Below are positions 35,517-45,895 of a stretch of 64,000 nucleotides of DNA, one piece after another. Under the pieces are notes generated by a model. It saw nothing but the letters and a program-made list of their open reading frames with translations, ran no database searches and was not told the origin of the DNA. The DNA is taken from the NCBI GenBank assembly GCA_963770565.1, contig CAVYQE010000001.1:288001-352000 (forward strand), given 5' to 3'. The stretch's first letter is position 1, and each line of letters opens with the position of its first letter. The DNA comes from an uncultured Actinomycetota bacterium (GTDB lineage Bacteria; Actinomycetota; Actinomycetes; JAFAQI01). Both the position numbers and the translations under genes were made by a program.

Positions 35517-36996
35517 ATGCCGCGTCTTGCTCTACTTATCGCCGTCGTCCTGCCGCTGGGCGGTTCGCTTCGTGCGCAGTCGCCCACAAGCGAGTTGCGC
35601 GCCGCGGTGGCCGACATCGAGCGGCTGCCGGCGGAAGTGCGGCCGGGAGTGCGGTATCTATCGCTCTACGCGATTCCGGCCCGGCGCTGCGCGGAGACCG
35701 CGCGCGTCGTGAGCTACACGCTCAATGCCCTGAGCCGAACGCGGACGATCACGCCGCCGACCGCCGTATCGCCGACGCTGCTGCGGTTTTCGATCACCAA
35801 CTACATCGCCGACCGGGCGGAATTCGACGCCTGGGCGGCCGCCTGGGAACAGCTTGTCAAGGCCGATCCCTATTGGCATTTGCAGACGGAGATTCTCGCG
35901 GCGAGCGCCGCGAACCCCGCGTCGAAATCGGCTGCATTACACGCGACGCATCGCGCTCAAACGACCACCGTCACCGTCGATGGCGGCTGGCTCGATCTCG
36001 CCCTCGCCGCCAAGCTGTGCGCCGATTCCGGCAGTGCCGGAGCGCTGTTGCGGGCCGACGACTTCATCGCCCACGCCACGGCCGCGCCGCATTATTACGC
36101 GCTGGCCGGCATTCCGCCGACCGAGGCCGAGTTCGTCAAATCGCTGGGAGTCGATGCGGCGACGATCGAGCGGTTGCGAGCCGACGCCGGGGCGAATCTG
36201 CTGATTTCCGGAGTGACGCAAAAGCCGCGGCGAATCATCTGGTCGCAGGGGCCGCTCGGCGGCGTCTACGAAACGCTCGATGTCAAGCAAGTCGATGCCC
36301 GCCGCGATCCGATTCGCCGGCCGATCTCCGTCGGCAAGGTGAAACTGAAATACGACGCGGGGGAATGGTTTGCCGTCTGCGCCCAACGGTTTGTGGCGCG
36401 TCGCCCTGTACGATGCGGCCGGCAAGTTGCAACAGTCGGTCCCCGACAAAATCGCCAAAGACACCAGCGATCCCCGCGGCGACGGGATCGTCACGCCGCT
36501 GATCTCGTGCATCCGCTGCCACACCGAAAGCGGCTTGCGGCCGTTTCGCGACGATCAATCGCGATTGCTCGCCTCAGGCCGCGTCGATTTCGAAAGCGGC
36601 GATCCGGCGATCGTCCGCCGCGCGGCCGAATTCTATGACGAGCCCCGCTTGCAGCGGCAAATGGAGTTCGATCGCGAAACCTATGCCCAGGCCGTCGCGC
36701 GGGCGGCCGGCATGAAGCCCGAGGAATTGGCGGCCGCGTTGGCCCGCACGGTCCGCGAATTCGCCTATTTGCCTGTCACGCGCGCGCAGGCGGCCCGCGA
36801 ACTCGGCGTGCCGGAAGCGGAATTCGCCGCCGCGCTCCGTTCATCGCACGACCCGATCGTGCTGACGCTCATCGAAGGCCGCCCGGTGCTGCGCGGGCAA
36901 TGGGAGAGCAGCTTCGCCGAAGCGGCGGGGGGAGTCAGGGGTCGGGGGTCGGGGGTCGGGGGTCAGGGGTCGGGGGTCAGGGGTCGCGGGGAGTGA
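35517..36996 (+). CDS. Exported CxxCH (c-type heme motif) protein, one indel
   Basis: Signal peptide MPRLALLIAVVLPL; DAGEW; SCIRCH near 36505. Confidence 0.6.
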
Positions 36997-37099
36997 CGCG
37001 TGGCGCGTGTGGCACTGGCAAGCGCAGTCTGCCAGTGCCGTGTGGGTCGTGACGAGTGGCGAGTGGCGAGTCACAACAAACAACTGACAGAGGTTTTCC

Positions 37100-37674
37100 A
37101 TGAAAGTCGAACGCTTCACAATCTTTGCGCTCATGACGTTTGCCGCACTCTGGATGGTTGCCGGTTTTTGGGCTCCGAATGCGCTATCCGCCGCCTGCCG
37201 CGTGCAGACGGCGGTCGTGGCGGCCAATGTCGTGGCCGTGCCGGTCGCCCTGTCGATCGGAGTGCCGGTGGCCGACGCAGCGCCGTATCGATACAGCTAT
37301 CGAGCCTTCGCACCGCCGCCCCCCGAGCCGATCGGCGAAGCCGAGATCGAAGCGATTGCCGCGCGCGTGGCCGAGAAGCTACGGCCGGCGAACGGGAATT
37401 CATCGGCAAACGCAATTCCCGCTTCGCCACGACCGCCGCCAAGTCGGCCGCCGGCCGCCACGTCGCTCGTCGCGCAAAGTGTGCGCGATGTCACGGCGGA
37501 GCCGCGCCGAGAGCGAATCTCTCGTTCGAAAACCTCAACCGACTCGATTGCCGCACGCGCTTGGCGGCCGTTCGAGCCGTGCTCGACGAGTCGATGCCGA
37601 AAGACGGCCCGAGGCTCACCCCCGAAGAGGCCGGCCAAGTGCTCGAAGAATTGACGGATGAAAGGGGCAAGTGA
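37100..37674 (+). CDS. Exported small cytochrome c-like protein, one indel
   Basis: Signal peptide; KCARCHGG ... MPK distal Met in the downstream frame. Confidence 0.55.
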
Positions 37675-37843
37675 CGAGGGTGTGCCACTGGCAGGCAGTC
37701 TGCCAGTGCCCGTGGCGCGTGACGACTGGCAAGGGTGTGTCACTGGCAAGCACCGCCCAGTGCGGCGTGGTGACGGGCGATGTGTGCTTCCAGGCAGAGC
37801 AAAGAACAAGATTATCGGTTCCCTTTTTCTCGGAGGTGTTGTA

Positions 37844-38197
37844 ATGAAGAAGAGTATGACGAGTCTGTTGGTCGTGACGGTTTCGATCTTCGCGGCCGCC
37901 GTCGGTTCGGCATCGGCTTGCCCGGTGGCGATCGGCCCTGCGGCACCTGTCGCGTTTGCAGTTCAAGCCGTCGCGGCGCCGGTCGTCGTGTCGGCGGCGC
38001 CGATTGTCGTGCCGACCGCGCCGATTGTCGTGCAGTACACTCCGGCCGTCTATCTTACTGCACCAGTGTTGACGGCGCCGGTGTTGGCCGCGCCGACCGT
38101 GTCGCTGTCGGCAGTTCCGCTGGTGATCGAGCACGTGGTGAGGATCAAGTCGCGGCGGGCGTGTCGCACGCCGCTGCGCCGCCGGCTGTTTCGCTAA
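37844..38197 (+). CDS. Ala/Val/Pro-rich exported hypothetical protein
   Basis: ggagg RBS, signal peptide, AP(I/V)VV repeats, basic C-terminus. Confidence 0.55.
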   Translation: MKKSMTSLLVVTVSIFAAAVGSASACPVAIGPAAPVAFAVQAVAAPVVVSAAPIVVPTAPIVVQYTPAVYLTAPVLTAPVLAAPTVSLSAVPLVIEHVVRIKSRRACRTPLRRRLFR

Positions 38198-38295
38198 CGC
38201 AGCGCCCTTGCGATTTGTGGAACGGTCGGCTGATTCCGCTCCGGCGCCGCCTTGGCGTGCGTCCGGAGCTTGTTCCGACAGAGAGGTCACGATCC

Positions 38296-38523
38296 ATGAC
38301 GAATTCGGCTGGAAATCGCGTCAGCCTGACGCCCGGCGATTGGCTCAAGGTGGTGATGTTTCTCGTCGTGCAATCGGCGGCTTTGATCGGGGTCGGCGTC
38401 GATATGCGCGAGCGGCTGGTGATCGTCGAGACCCGGCTCCAGGCGCACGACGACAGCTTCGCCGACCTCCGCGGTGACGTGGCCGAGATGCGCAAGGAAA
38501 TCGCCGAGCTGAGGACGAAATAA
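38296..38523 (+). CDS. Small single-TM coiled-coil protein (holin/spanin-like architecture)
   Basis: gagg RBS; WLKVVMFLVVQSAALIGVGV TM then heptad coil; stop overlaps the next ATG. Confidence 0.5.
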   Translation: MTNSAGNRVSLTPGDWLKVVMFLVVQSAALIGVGVDMRERLVIVETRLQAHDDSFADLRGDVAEMRKEIAELRTK

Positions 38524-39076
38524 TGAACATCCGCGATCGAATCAAGGAATTGCGGCGCGTGAGGGCGGCGAGCTGCGCCCCAATCCGCGCAACTGGCGCA
38601 CGCATTCCGCCGCCCAGCGCGACGCTCTGCAAGGCATCCTGGCCGAGGTCGGCTACGCCGGCGCGCTCTTGGCCCGCGAGTTGCCCGACGGCTCGCTCGA
38701 ATTGATCGACGGCCATTTGCGGGCCGAGACGACCCCCGAGATGTCTGTGCCCGTGCTGGTGCTCGACGTGAACGAAGCGGAGGCGAACAAAATTCTCGCC
38801 ACGCATGATCCGCTCGGCAATCTGGCGGGCTGCGACGCCGCGGCGCTCGAATCGCTCGTAGCCGACGTGCAGACCGACAACGCCGCGCTGCAAAAGCTAT
38901 TGGACGACATGCTGCAAACGCCGGCAGGTTCCGAGCCGGATGAATTCCCGCGGTCCGAAACGAGCATCCCGCATTTGTTCCAAATCGTCGTCGAATGCCG
39001 CGACGAGGCCGAGCAGCAGTCGGTGTACGAGCGGCTGATCGAAGACGGATTGAAATGCCGGTTGATGATGTTGTGA
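38523..39076 (+). CDS. ParB-like N-terminal domain protein (phage type), one indel
   Basis: PNPRNWRTH, ELIDGHLRAE, VPVLVLDVNEAEA..LAT.DPL and IVVECRDEAEQ. Confidence 0.8.
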
Positions 39077-39215
39077 GCCTCGTTCCCAGGCTCTGCCTGG
39101 GAACGCCCTGCACTTGAGGCTCCGCCTCAACGTCAGCAGCGGATCGAGCCGACTTCGCCGACAAACGACGAGGCAGAGCCTCGCAGGCAGTGCGTTCCCA
39201 GGCTCTGCCTGGCAG

Positions 39216-39620
39216 CGCAGTTTGTGAGATGGAATCGTATCGACGTTTATGCTGTTTTTGTTCGGGGCTTTGGAAAGGACGGCAGGAGATCAAGGAACCC
39301 GGTAGGGTTCCCAGACATGAGCCGGTGGTTGACGCCGTCAGGCCGATACCACCGGTCGTGAAATCGAACAATCCCTTTTGCACCCCGATAGGGGTGCCAG
39401 CGCTCTGCGACCCCTACCGGGGTCGAAGAAAAGTTTTCGCGTTCCGATGCCGGCGGTGTCGGCCTGCGGCCTCAACCGCCGGCTAATGTCTGCCATCCCT
39501 ATCGGGATGAATTTCATGCCACCTCGGAGTCGGGAATTGTGCGAGTACGTGGGCGGAACAAAAACCGACCAAAACACGAACTCGAATTCCACTTCGAAAC
39601 TCCACAGATTGCACAGCCCA
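39216..39620. mobile_element. ~0.4-kb MITE-like element (copy 2), nested in a cgttcccaggctctgcctgggaacg repeat (39080-39725)
   Basis: High similarity to 4642-5047; flanked by two halves of another palindromic repeat. Confidence 0.7.
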
Positions 39621-39769
39621 GGCTCCGCCTCGTCATCACGACCCGCCACCAATCGCCACGCAACGAGCCGTGCCGCGCGGCAGAGCCGTGCCCGCAGTGC
39701 GTTCCCAGGCAGAGCCTGGGAACGAGATGCGAACAGCCGACAACCGACAACCGACCAAGGACCAATCCG

Positions 39770-40905
39770 ATGCTCGAAATCATCAACTCCTGTCCGCTGC
39801 ACGATTCGTTTCGCGTCCAACAGGTCGCCGGGATGTTCGATGTGCCGCTGGCCGAGAAGCTCAGCGAGCGTTTTACGGTCGAGATGCCGGCGCTCGACGG
39901 TGATTGGCGGATCGGGCTGATCGTCGGCCCGTCGGGCAGCGGCAAAACGACGCTCGCCCGGCGGCTCTTCGGCGATGCGCTGGTCGAGCGGACCGAGTGG
40001 CCGGCGAATCGGGCCGTCGTCGATTGTTTCGGCGACCTGCCGATCGGAGAAATCGTCGGGTTGCTCATCGCTGTCGGATTCAGCTCGCCCCCGTCGTGGA
40101 TCAAGCCCTACGCCGTGCTCAGCGGCGGCGAACGCTTCCGCTGCGATCTGGCGCGGGCGTTGAGCGGAGGGCAGAGAGCAAAGAGCGGAGCGCCGGACAC
40201 TTCTCCGCTCTCTGCTCCCTGCTCTTCGCTCGCACCGCTTGTGGCCTTCGACGAATTCACCAGCGTCGTCGATCGCACCGTGGCGAAGTTCGGCTCGGCG
40301 GCGGTGGCGAAGGGAATTCGCAACGGGCGAATCGACTGTCGATTCGTCGCGATGACTTGTCATTACGACGTGATCGAGTGGCTCGCGCCCGATTGGGTGC
40401 TCGATATGGCCAGCCGCGAATTCCAATGGAGGTCGCTTCGGCGACCGCCAATCGAGCTGGACATCTTTCGTTGCCGGAGTCGTGCATGGGCCTTGTTTGC
40501 GAAGCATCACTATTTGAACGGCCGCTTGAACCGCTCGGCCCGCTGCTTTATGGCATTGTGGGACGGGCGCCGGCGGCGTTTTGCGCGACGTTGCCGGTCA
40601 TCGGCCGCGCGCGGCGATGGCGGATCACGCGGCTGGTGACGCTCCCGGATTTTCAGGGCATCGGCATCGGCTTGCGCCTGGCGGAGGCGGTCGGCGATCG
40701 GCATCGTGCCCAGGGAGAACGCTATAGCATCACCGCCAGCCATCCGGCCGTGATCGGCCATTGCCGAAATTCGCCGCGCTGGCGGGCGACGCAAGTGATG
40801 AAGACCGGCTCGCGGCCTACTCTCGGGATTCCGAGCTATCGCGGCTCGTGCGGTCGCGCCGTCGTGTCGTTCGAATACGTTTCAGCTTCGGAACCTCGAC
40901 CGTGA
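39770..40905 (+). CDS. ABC-type ATPase fused to GNAT acetyltransferase (phage DNA-modification type), one indel
   Basis: [34 protein letters not shown] and [14 protein letters not shown]. Confidence 0.82.
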
Positions 40906-41209
40906 ACAAACCCATATTGCCCGTGACGGGAAACGGCTCGATCGCCTGGGCGTCGGCCAGCTCCCACGCATATTTATCGGCAGAACCCTCGAAGCCAGCC
41001 CCCGCGGCATCGCTCGGCAGAAAACGGCGAACATCAATGAGATTCACCACGCCGACGGCCACGCCGACCGGATCATCGCCGTGCGGCCGTTTGGTGGCGC
41101 AAATCAACAACGGCCCGCGATGCGACGTGGCCCACGAGCGGACCTCGATGGTCTTCTTCCCCGCGGCAATCAGCGAGGCCCAAGGTTGATGGACGGAGAG
41201 CGCTTTCAT
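40817..41209 (-). CDS. ASCH domain protein
   Basis: MKALSVHQPWASLIAAGKKTIEVRSW..RGPLLICA and YAWEL..P.PV.G.MGLF. Confidence 0.85.
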   Translation of the reverse strand: MKALSVHQPWASLIAAGKKTIEVRSWATSHRGPLLICATKRPHGDDPVGVAVGVVNLIDVRRFLPSDAAGAGFEGSADKYAWELADAQAIEPFPVTGNMGLFTVEVPKLKRIRTTRRRDRTSRDSSESRE

Positions 41210-41354
41210 GGAGATGAAGATAGCGGCTGGCTTGCGAGAATCAAGGCGACGATGCACGTAGGACGGCTCTCCCGAGCCGTCGTACCAGACGGCTCGGGAG
41301 AGCCGTCCTACGGGATCCGCCACCCGTCAACCCGAGGCCATTCGAATCGCACCC

Positions 41355-41819
41355 GTGAAATCCAGCCGCTATAAACTCGACGAAACCAAGCAGCGCGAGA
41401 TCTGCGCGATTCTCGCCGTCGGCGGCACTCGGCTGATGGCCGCCGCGTATGTCGGCTGCTGTGTGGCGACGATCCGCCGCGCGGCGCTGCGCGAAGCGGC
41501 GTTCGCCGCGCAGCTTCGCAAAGCGGAGAGCAGCGCCGAGATCACGTTCCTCAAGAGCATCCACGCCGCCGCGAGCGACGTCAAGCAGTGGCGGGCCGCG
41601 GCCTGGGCCCTCGAGCGGCTGTTCCCCGAGCGCTACGCCCGCCGCCTGCCCGACTCGATCACCGTCGAGCAAATGACCGAAATCATCAAGGCCCTGGGAG
41701 CGATCATCGTCGGCGAAGTGCCGGTCAAGCGATATCGCCAGCGCGTGCTGGCTCGCTTGGCGGACTTGCTGGCGGAGCAGCCGCCGAACAAGAAGGTAAA
41801 GGCATCCCGTGGAAAGTAA
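41355..41819 (+). CDS. Terminase small subunit-like HTH protein
   Basis: AAAYVGCCVATI HTH and WRAAAWALERLFPERY; overlaps the terminase large subunit start. Confidence 0.65.
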   Translation: MKSSRYKLDETKQREICAILAVGGTRLMAAAYVGCCVATIRRAALREAAFAAQLRKAESSAEITFLKSIHAAASDVKQWRAAAWALERLFPERYARRLPDSITVEQMTEIIKALGAIIVGEVPVKRYRQRVLARLADLLAEQPPNKKVKASRGK

Positions 41820-43426
41820 TCTGATCTTCGGCTGGCGCGGGCTCGACGCGGCGAACCGTTCGCTCCGCATCCTGCACGAGTCGATCGAGAATGAGGGGAA
41901 CGTCGATCGCCGCCCGGCCGCAATCGCCCGGCAATGGAGCTTGCTCGATTGGGGCCGCGCTTATTTGCCCGATCATTTCCGCGTCGCCCCGTCGCGGATG
42001 CACGTCTGGCTGGCCGAACAGTTCGACGAAATGAAAAACCATCGCGGCCGAAAGCTCAATGTGCTCGGCCCGCGCGGCGGGGCAAAGTCGACGATCGCTA
42101 CGCTGGCGTTCGTGCTCCGCTCGGCCCTCGAAGGCCGCGAGCCGTATATCTGGATCATCTCCGACACCAAGCATCAGGCCATCGCGCATCTGGAAAACGT
42201 CAAGGCCGAGTTGCGCGACAATCCGCTGATCGCCGCCGATTATCCCGAGGCGGCCGCGGCGGGGCGACGCTGGCGCGAGAATCTCATCGGGCTGGCGAAT
42301 GGCGTCACGATCGAAGCCTTCGGCACGGGGCAGCGGATCCGCGGCCGCCGCAGCCGCGAGCATCGGCCGACGCTCATCGTGTGCGACGATTTGCAGGACG
42401 ATCGGCATATCGAATCGCGCCTGGCCGCGCGAACATTCGGCCCGTTGGTTTCACGGAAAGTTGCTGAAGGCGGGAACGAAGCGAACGAACGTGGTGAATC
42501 TGGCCACCGCCCTGCATCGCGAGGCGCTGGCCCTGGTTCTCGACGAGACGCCCGGCTGGATTTCGCGGCGGTTCGCGGCCATCGAGCGCTGGCCCGACAA
42601 TATGCCGCTGTGGGCCGAGTGGGAGCAGATCTATGCCGACGTTGAACGACCGGATAGCCGCGAAGCCGCGCGGGCGTTCTTCGAAGCGCATCGCGCGGCG
42701 ATGGAGGCCGGCGCCGAGTTGCTCTGGCCCGAGGAAGAGGACTTGTACACGCTGATGGCGATGCGCGTCGAGGAGGGGCGGACGGCGTTCGAGCGCGAGA
42801 AGCAGAATGTGCCGATCAATCCGGAAGCGTGCGAATGGCCCGAGGAGTATTTCGGCGATGGGCTGTGGTTCGACGATTGGCCGGCCGACGTGCAGGTGAA
42901 AACGCTGGCCCTCGATCCGAGCAAGGGGCACGACGCCGGCCGCGGCGACTATTCGGCCTTCGTCATGCTGGCCGTGGATCGCCGCGGGCTGCTCTATCTC
43001 GAAGCCGATCTGGCCCGACGGCCGACGCCGCAGATCGTCAGCGACGGGGTGGAACTCTGCCGGCGATTCAAGCCCGACGTGTTCGGAATCGAGGCGAATC
43101 AGTTCCAGGAATTGCTCGCCGGCGAGTTTGCCGCGGAACTCGCGCGGCAGCGCGTCTACAACGTCGCCCCGTGGGGAATCGAAAACCGGATGAATAAGCA
43201 GACGCGAATCCGCCGCCTCGGGCCGTTCTTGTCGTGCAAGCGGTTGAAGTTCAAGTCCCACTCGCCCGCCACGCGATTATTAGTGGAGCAGTTGAAAGAA
43301 TTCCCCGTCGCCGATCACGACGATGGCCCGGACGCCGCGGAGATGGCGATTCGCCTGGCGGCCGAATGGCTGGAAGGCCGGAAACCCTCGGATGGCTTGG
43401 GAGATCGATTTCGCTTGAGCGTCTAA
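41809..43426 (+). CDS. Phage terminase large subunit, one indel
   Basis: GPRGGAKST, GQRIRGRR..RPTLIVCDD, FEREKQN.P, ALDPS..GDYSA, GIEANQFQ and HDDGPDA. Confidence 0.92.
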
Positions 43427-43467
43427 TGTCGCCTTTCGCTCCGCGAAAGAGCGTTTTCCCGCCGAGT

Positions 43468-43735
43468 TGTGGTCCGGTCTCGCGCGAGTTGTGGTCCGGT
43501 CTCCCGACCGGACCACTGTTGCCGACCGAAGGTCTCCGGCGCTTGGGAGACCTTCGGTCGGCTTGCGTGGCATGGTCGGGAGACCATGCCACAACCTGGA
43601 AACGATGTCGGCACTAACGCGGTCTGGCACCCCTATCGGGGTGCAAGGAGTTTTCTCGTTATCGAACCGGTGGTATCGGCCTTCGGCCTCAACCACCGGC
43701 TACCGTCTGCGAACCCTGCCGGGTTCGACTCGGAG
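43468..43735. repeat. Composite dispersed repeats (tgtgg..cggtctcccgacc family plus REP-like hairpins)
   Basis: Same units at 46398-46775 and 47968-48315; caccccta/tcggggtg hairpin shared with the 4642 element. Confidence 0.7.
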
Positions 43736-43772
43736 TGTGTCTGCTACATTACCTTAACCCCGAGTTCAAAAT

Positions 43773-45149
43773 ATGACCACCAACACCACACCTCTCTCCC
43801 GTCTCGAAAACCGTCTTCAGGAAGCCTACGAACAATTCTGCTCCACCATCGTCAACCCGCTCGATGCGCTGTTCGACGGCGATGGCGCTGCCTGGTTGCC
43901 GCTCGGCGGCGGGCTCGATGCGACCGGCCTCGGCGGCTGCGGGCCGACCACCGAAACGCAGCTTCGCGAAATCCGCCATCAATGCCGGCTGCTCGCCCTG
44001 ACCAACGAAATCGCCATCAACGGCCATGAGAATCGGGTGAGCTTCATCGTCGGCGCGGGGCACACCTATCGGGCGGCCGTGAAGAAGGGGCAGCCGGCGG
44101 CGCCCGATTGGGCCGCGGCCGTGCAGAGCGTGCTCGACGAATTCATCAAGCTCAACTCCTGGCAGCGACGGCAGCAGGAGATCGTGCTCCGCCGCGATCG
44201 CGACGGCGAAGTTTTCCTGCGCCTGTTCGCAGCCCCCGACGGCACGACCCGCGTTCGCTTCGTCGAGCCGGGGCAAGTCGCCACGCCCGCGAATCGCGCG
44301 GCCGATCCGTCGGCCCAATTGGGCATCCTCACCGATCGCGACGACGTCGAAACCGTGCTCGCCTATTGCGTCGATGGCCAGCTCGTCGACGCCGGCGAGA
44401 TTCAGCATCGCAAGGCCAATGTCGATGGCAATGTGCGCCGCGGGCTGCCGCTGTTCTTTCCCGTGCGGAAAAATCTGCGCCGGGCGGAAAAGCTGCTCCG
44501 CAATATGAGCGTCGTGGCCGAGATCCAATCGGCGATCGCCCTGATCCGCAAACATCATCGCAGCAATCGCAGCGCCGTCGAGCAATTCGCCGCCGCCGGG
44601 GCCGATGCCCGCGTGACGAATACGCTGAGCGGGCAAACGACGAACGTTCGCCGCTACGGTCCCGGCACGATTCTCGATACGCATGCCGACATCGACTACG
44701 ACTTTCCCGCCGCCGCGATCGACGCCGGCAGCTTCATCGCCGTGCTGCAGGCCGAATTGCGGGCGATTGCCAGCCGGCTGGTCATGCCCGAGTTCATGCT
44801 GACTTCCGACGCCTCGAACGCGAACTACGCCTCGACGATGGTGGCCGAAGGGCCGGCGATGCGGATGTTCGCCCGGCTGCAAGCGGAGCAAGTGGCCGAC
44901 GACGTTGAGTTGATGACCCGCGTGGTGGCGAACGCCGTGGCGGCCGGCCGACTGCCGCGCGAGGTGCTTTCCGCGATCGAGATCATCGGCATCGCCCCGA
45001 CGCTCACTGTGCGCGATCAGATGCAAGAGGCCCAGCGGTTCCAGATCGAGCACGCCAACGGCATCCTCTCGCCGCAAACCTGGAGCCAACGGCTGGGACT
45101 CGATTACGAGCAAGAGCAAGCGAATTTCGCAACGCATGCCGGCCGGTAA
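43773..45149 (+). CDS. Phage portal protein
   Basis: RRDRDGEVFLR, IQHRKANVD..RRGLP and PEFMLTSDASNANYAS; directly follows TerL. Confidence 0.88.
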   Translation: MTTNTTPLSRLENRLQEAYEQFCSTIVNPLDALFDGDGAAWLPLGGGLDATGLGGCGPTTETQLREIRHQCRLLALTNEIAINGHENRVSFIVGAGHTYRAAVKKGQPAAPDWAAAVQSVLDEFIKLNSWQRRQQEIVLRRDRDGEVFLRLFAAPDGTTRVRFVEPGQVATPANRAADPSAQLGILTDRDDVETVLAYCVDGQLVDAGEIQHRKANVDGNVRRGLPLFFPVRKNLRRAEKLLRNMSVVAEIQSAIALIRKHHRSNRSAVEQFAAAGADARVTNTLSGQTTNVRRYGPGTILDTHADIDYDFPAAAIDAGSFIAVLQAELRAIASRLVMPEFMLTSDASNANYASTMVAEGPAMRMFARLQAEQVADDVELMTRVVANAVAAGRLPREVLSAIEIIGIAPTLTVRDQMQEAQRFQIEHANGILSPQTWSQRLGLDYEQEQANFATHAGR

Positions 45150-45495
45150 AGTCGCGGAGCGACGACCGGCGAATAGCCGGGGGTGGAGCGTAGCGGAGCC
45201 CCGAATGCAGTCGCGGAGCGACGACCGGTGAATAGCCGGGGGCGGAGCGCAGCGGAGCCCCCGGTTTCGAATATCGGGATTTTCCCGCAGCCGCGTAGCG
45301 GCGAAACATCCCGCCGCGCCCTCATGTTTCGCCGCTACGCGGCTGGCGGTTCATATTGCCCGGCGACCGGGGGTTGCGCTGCGCTTCACCCCCGGCTATT
45401 CGAAGGTCGTCGCTCCGCGACTGCAAGATGTGATCGCTCCGCGACTGCAAGATGTGATCGCTCCGCGACTGCAAGATGTGATTGTTCCGCGACGG
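45150..45495. repeat. REP-like palindromes and 23-bp tandem units (cgctccgcgactgcaagatgtga)
   Basis: gtcgcggagcgacga..aatagccggggg twice, an inverted copy, and three tandem 23-mers at ~45410-45485. Confidence 0.75.
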
Positions 45496-45560
45496 CGTTG
45501 GCGCCGGGCCGTTTCGAGCATCAAGACCACAGATTGTTTTTGAATGGCACAAAAATGTCG

Positions 45561-45589
45561 TTGAACCGAAACGTGAACATATGTATAAT
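45561..45589 (+). promoter_or_regulatory. Near-consensus sigma70 promoter; probable leaderless transcript
   Basis: TTGAAC (45561-45566), 17 nt, TATAAT (45584-45589); ATG at 45596. Confidence 0.75.
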
Positions 45590-45595
45590 ACACCC

Positions 45596-45778
45596 ATGCT
45601 GACGCTACGAACCACGACCGCGAATCAAACGAAAGTGAGCCAGTTGGAAACCGCCTTGGCGGAACTGCTGGCCGAATCGCTCCGCCGCGGCTTTCACGGC
45701 AAAGCGGCCATCGAGCTGGCCATCCAAGATGGCACGATCCAGCATATCCGCCGCGTGGTCGAGCGGATCGAGAAATAG
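45596..45778 (+). CDS. 60-aa DUF2292/YezD-like small protein; candidate antiterminator
   Basis: RRGFHGKAAIELAIQDGTIQHIRRVVERIEK resembles the DUF2292 pattern (G.v.i.i.dG.i.qi...ek); sits directly upstream of the twin-box terminator. Confidence 0.65.
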   Translation: MLTLRTTTANQTKVSQLETALAELLAESLRRGFHGKAAIELAIQDGTIQHIRRVVERIEK

Positions 45779-45788
45779 GAAATCCATC

Positions 45789-45867
45789 GGTATCGCGTCG
45801 AGCCCGCTCCGGCGGGCATCTGCGTGAGCCCACGGCGGTTCTGCAAAGTGCCGCACGTGGGTTTTTT
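45789..45867 (+). promoter_or_regulatory. Twin GGYATC-N5-GAGCC boxes plus intrinsic terminator (copy 2)
   Basis: Boxes at 45789-45804 and 45815-45830; stem cccacggcgg...ccgcacgtggg followed by T6. Confidence 0.7.
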
Positions 45868-45895
45868 GTTGCGCCAAACAATGGAGAAAATCAGC

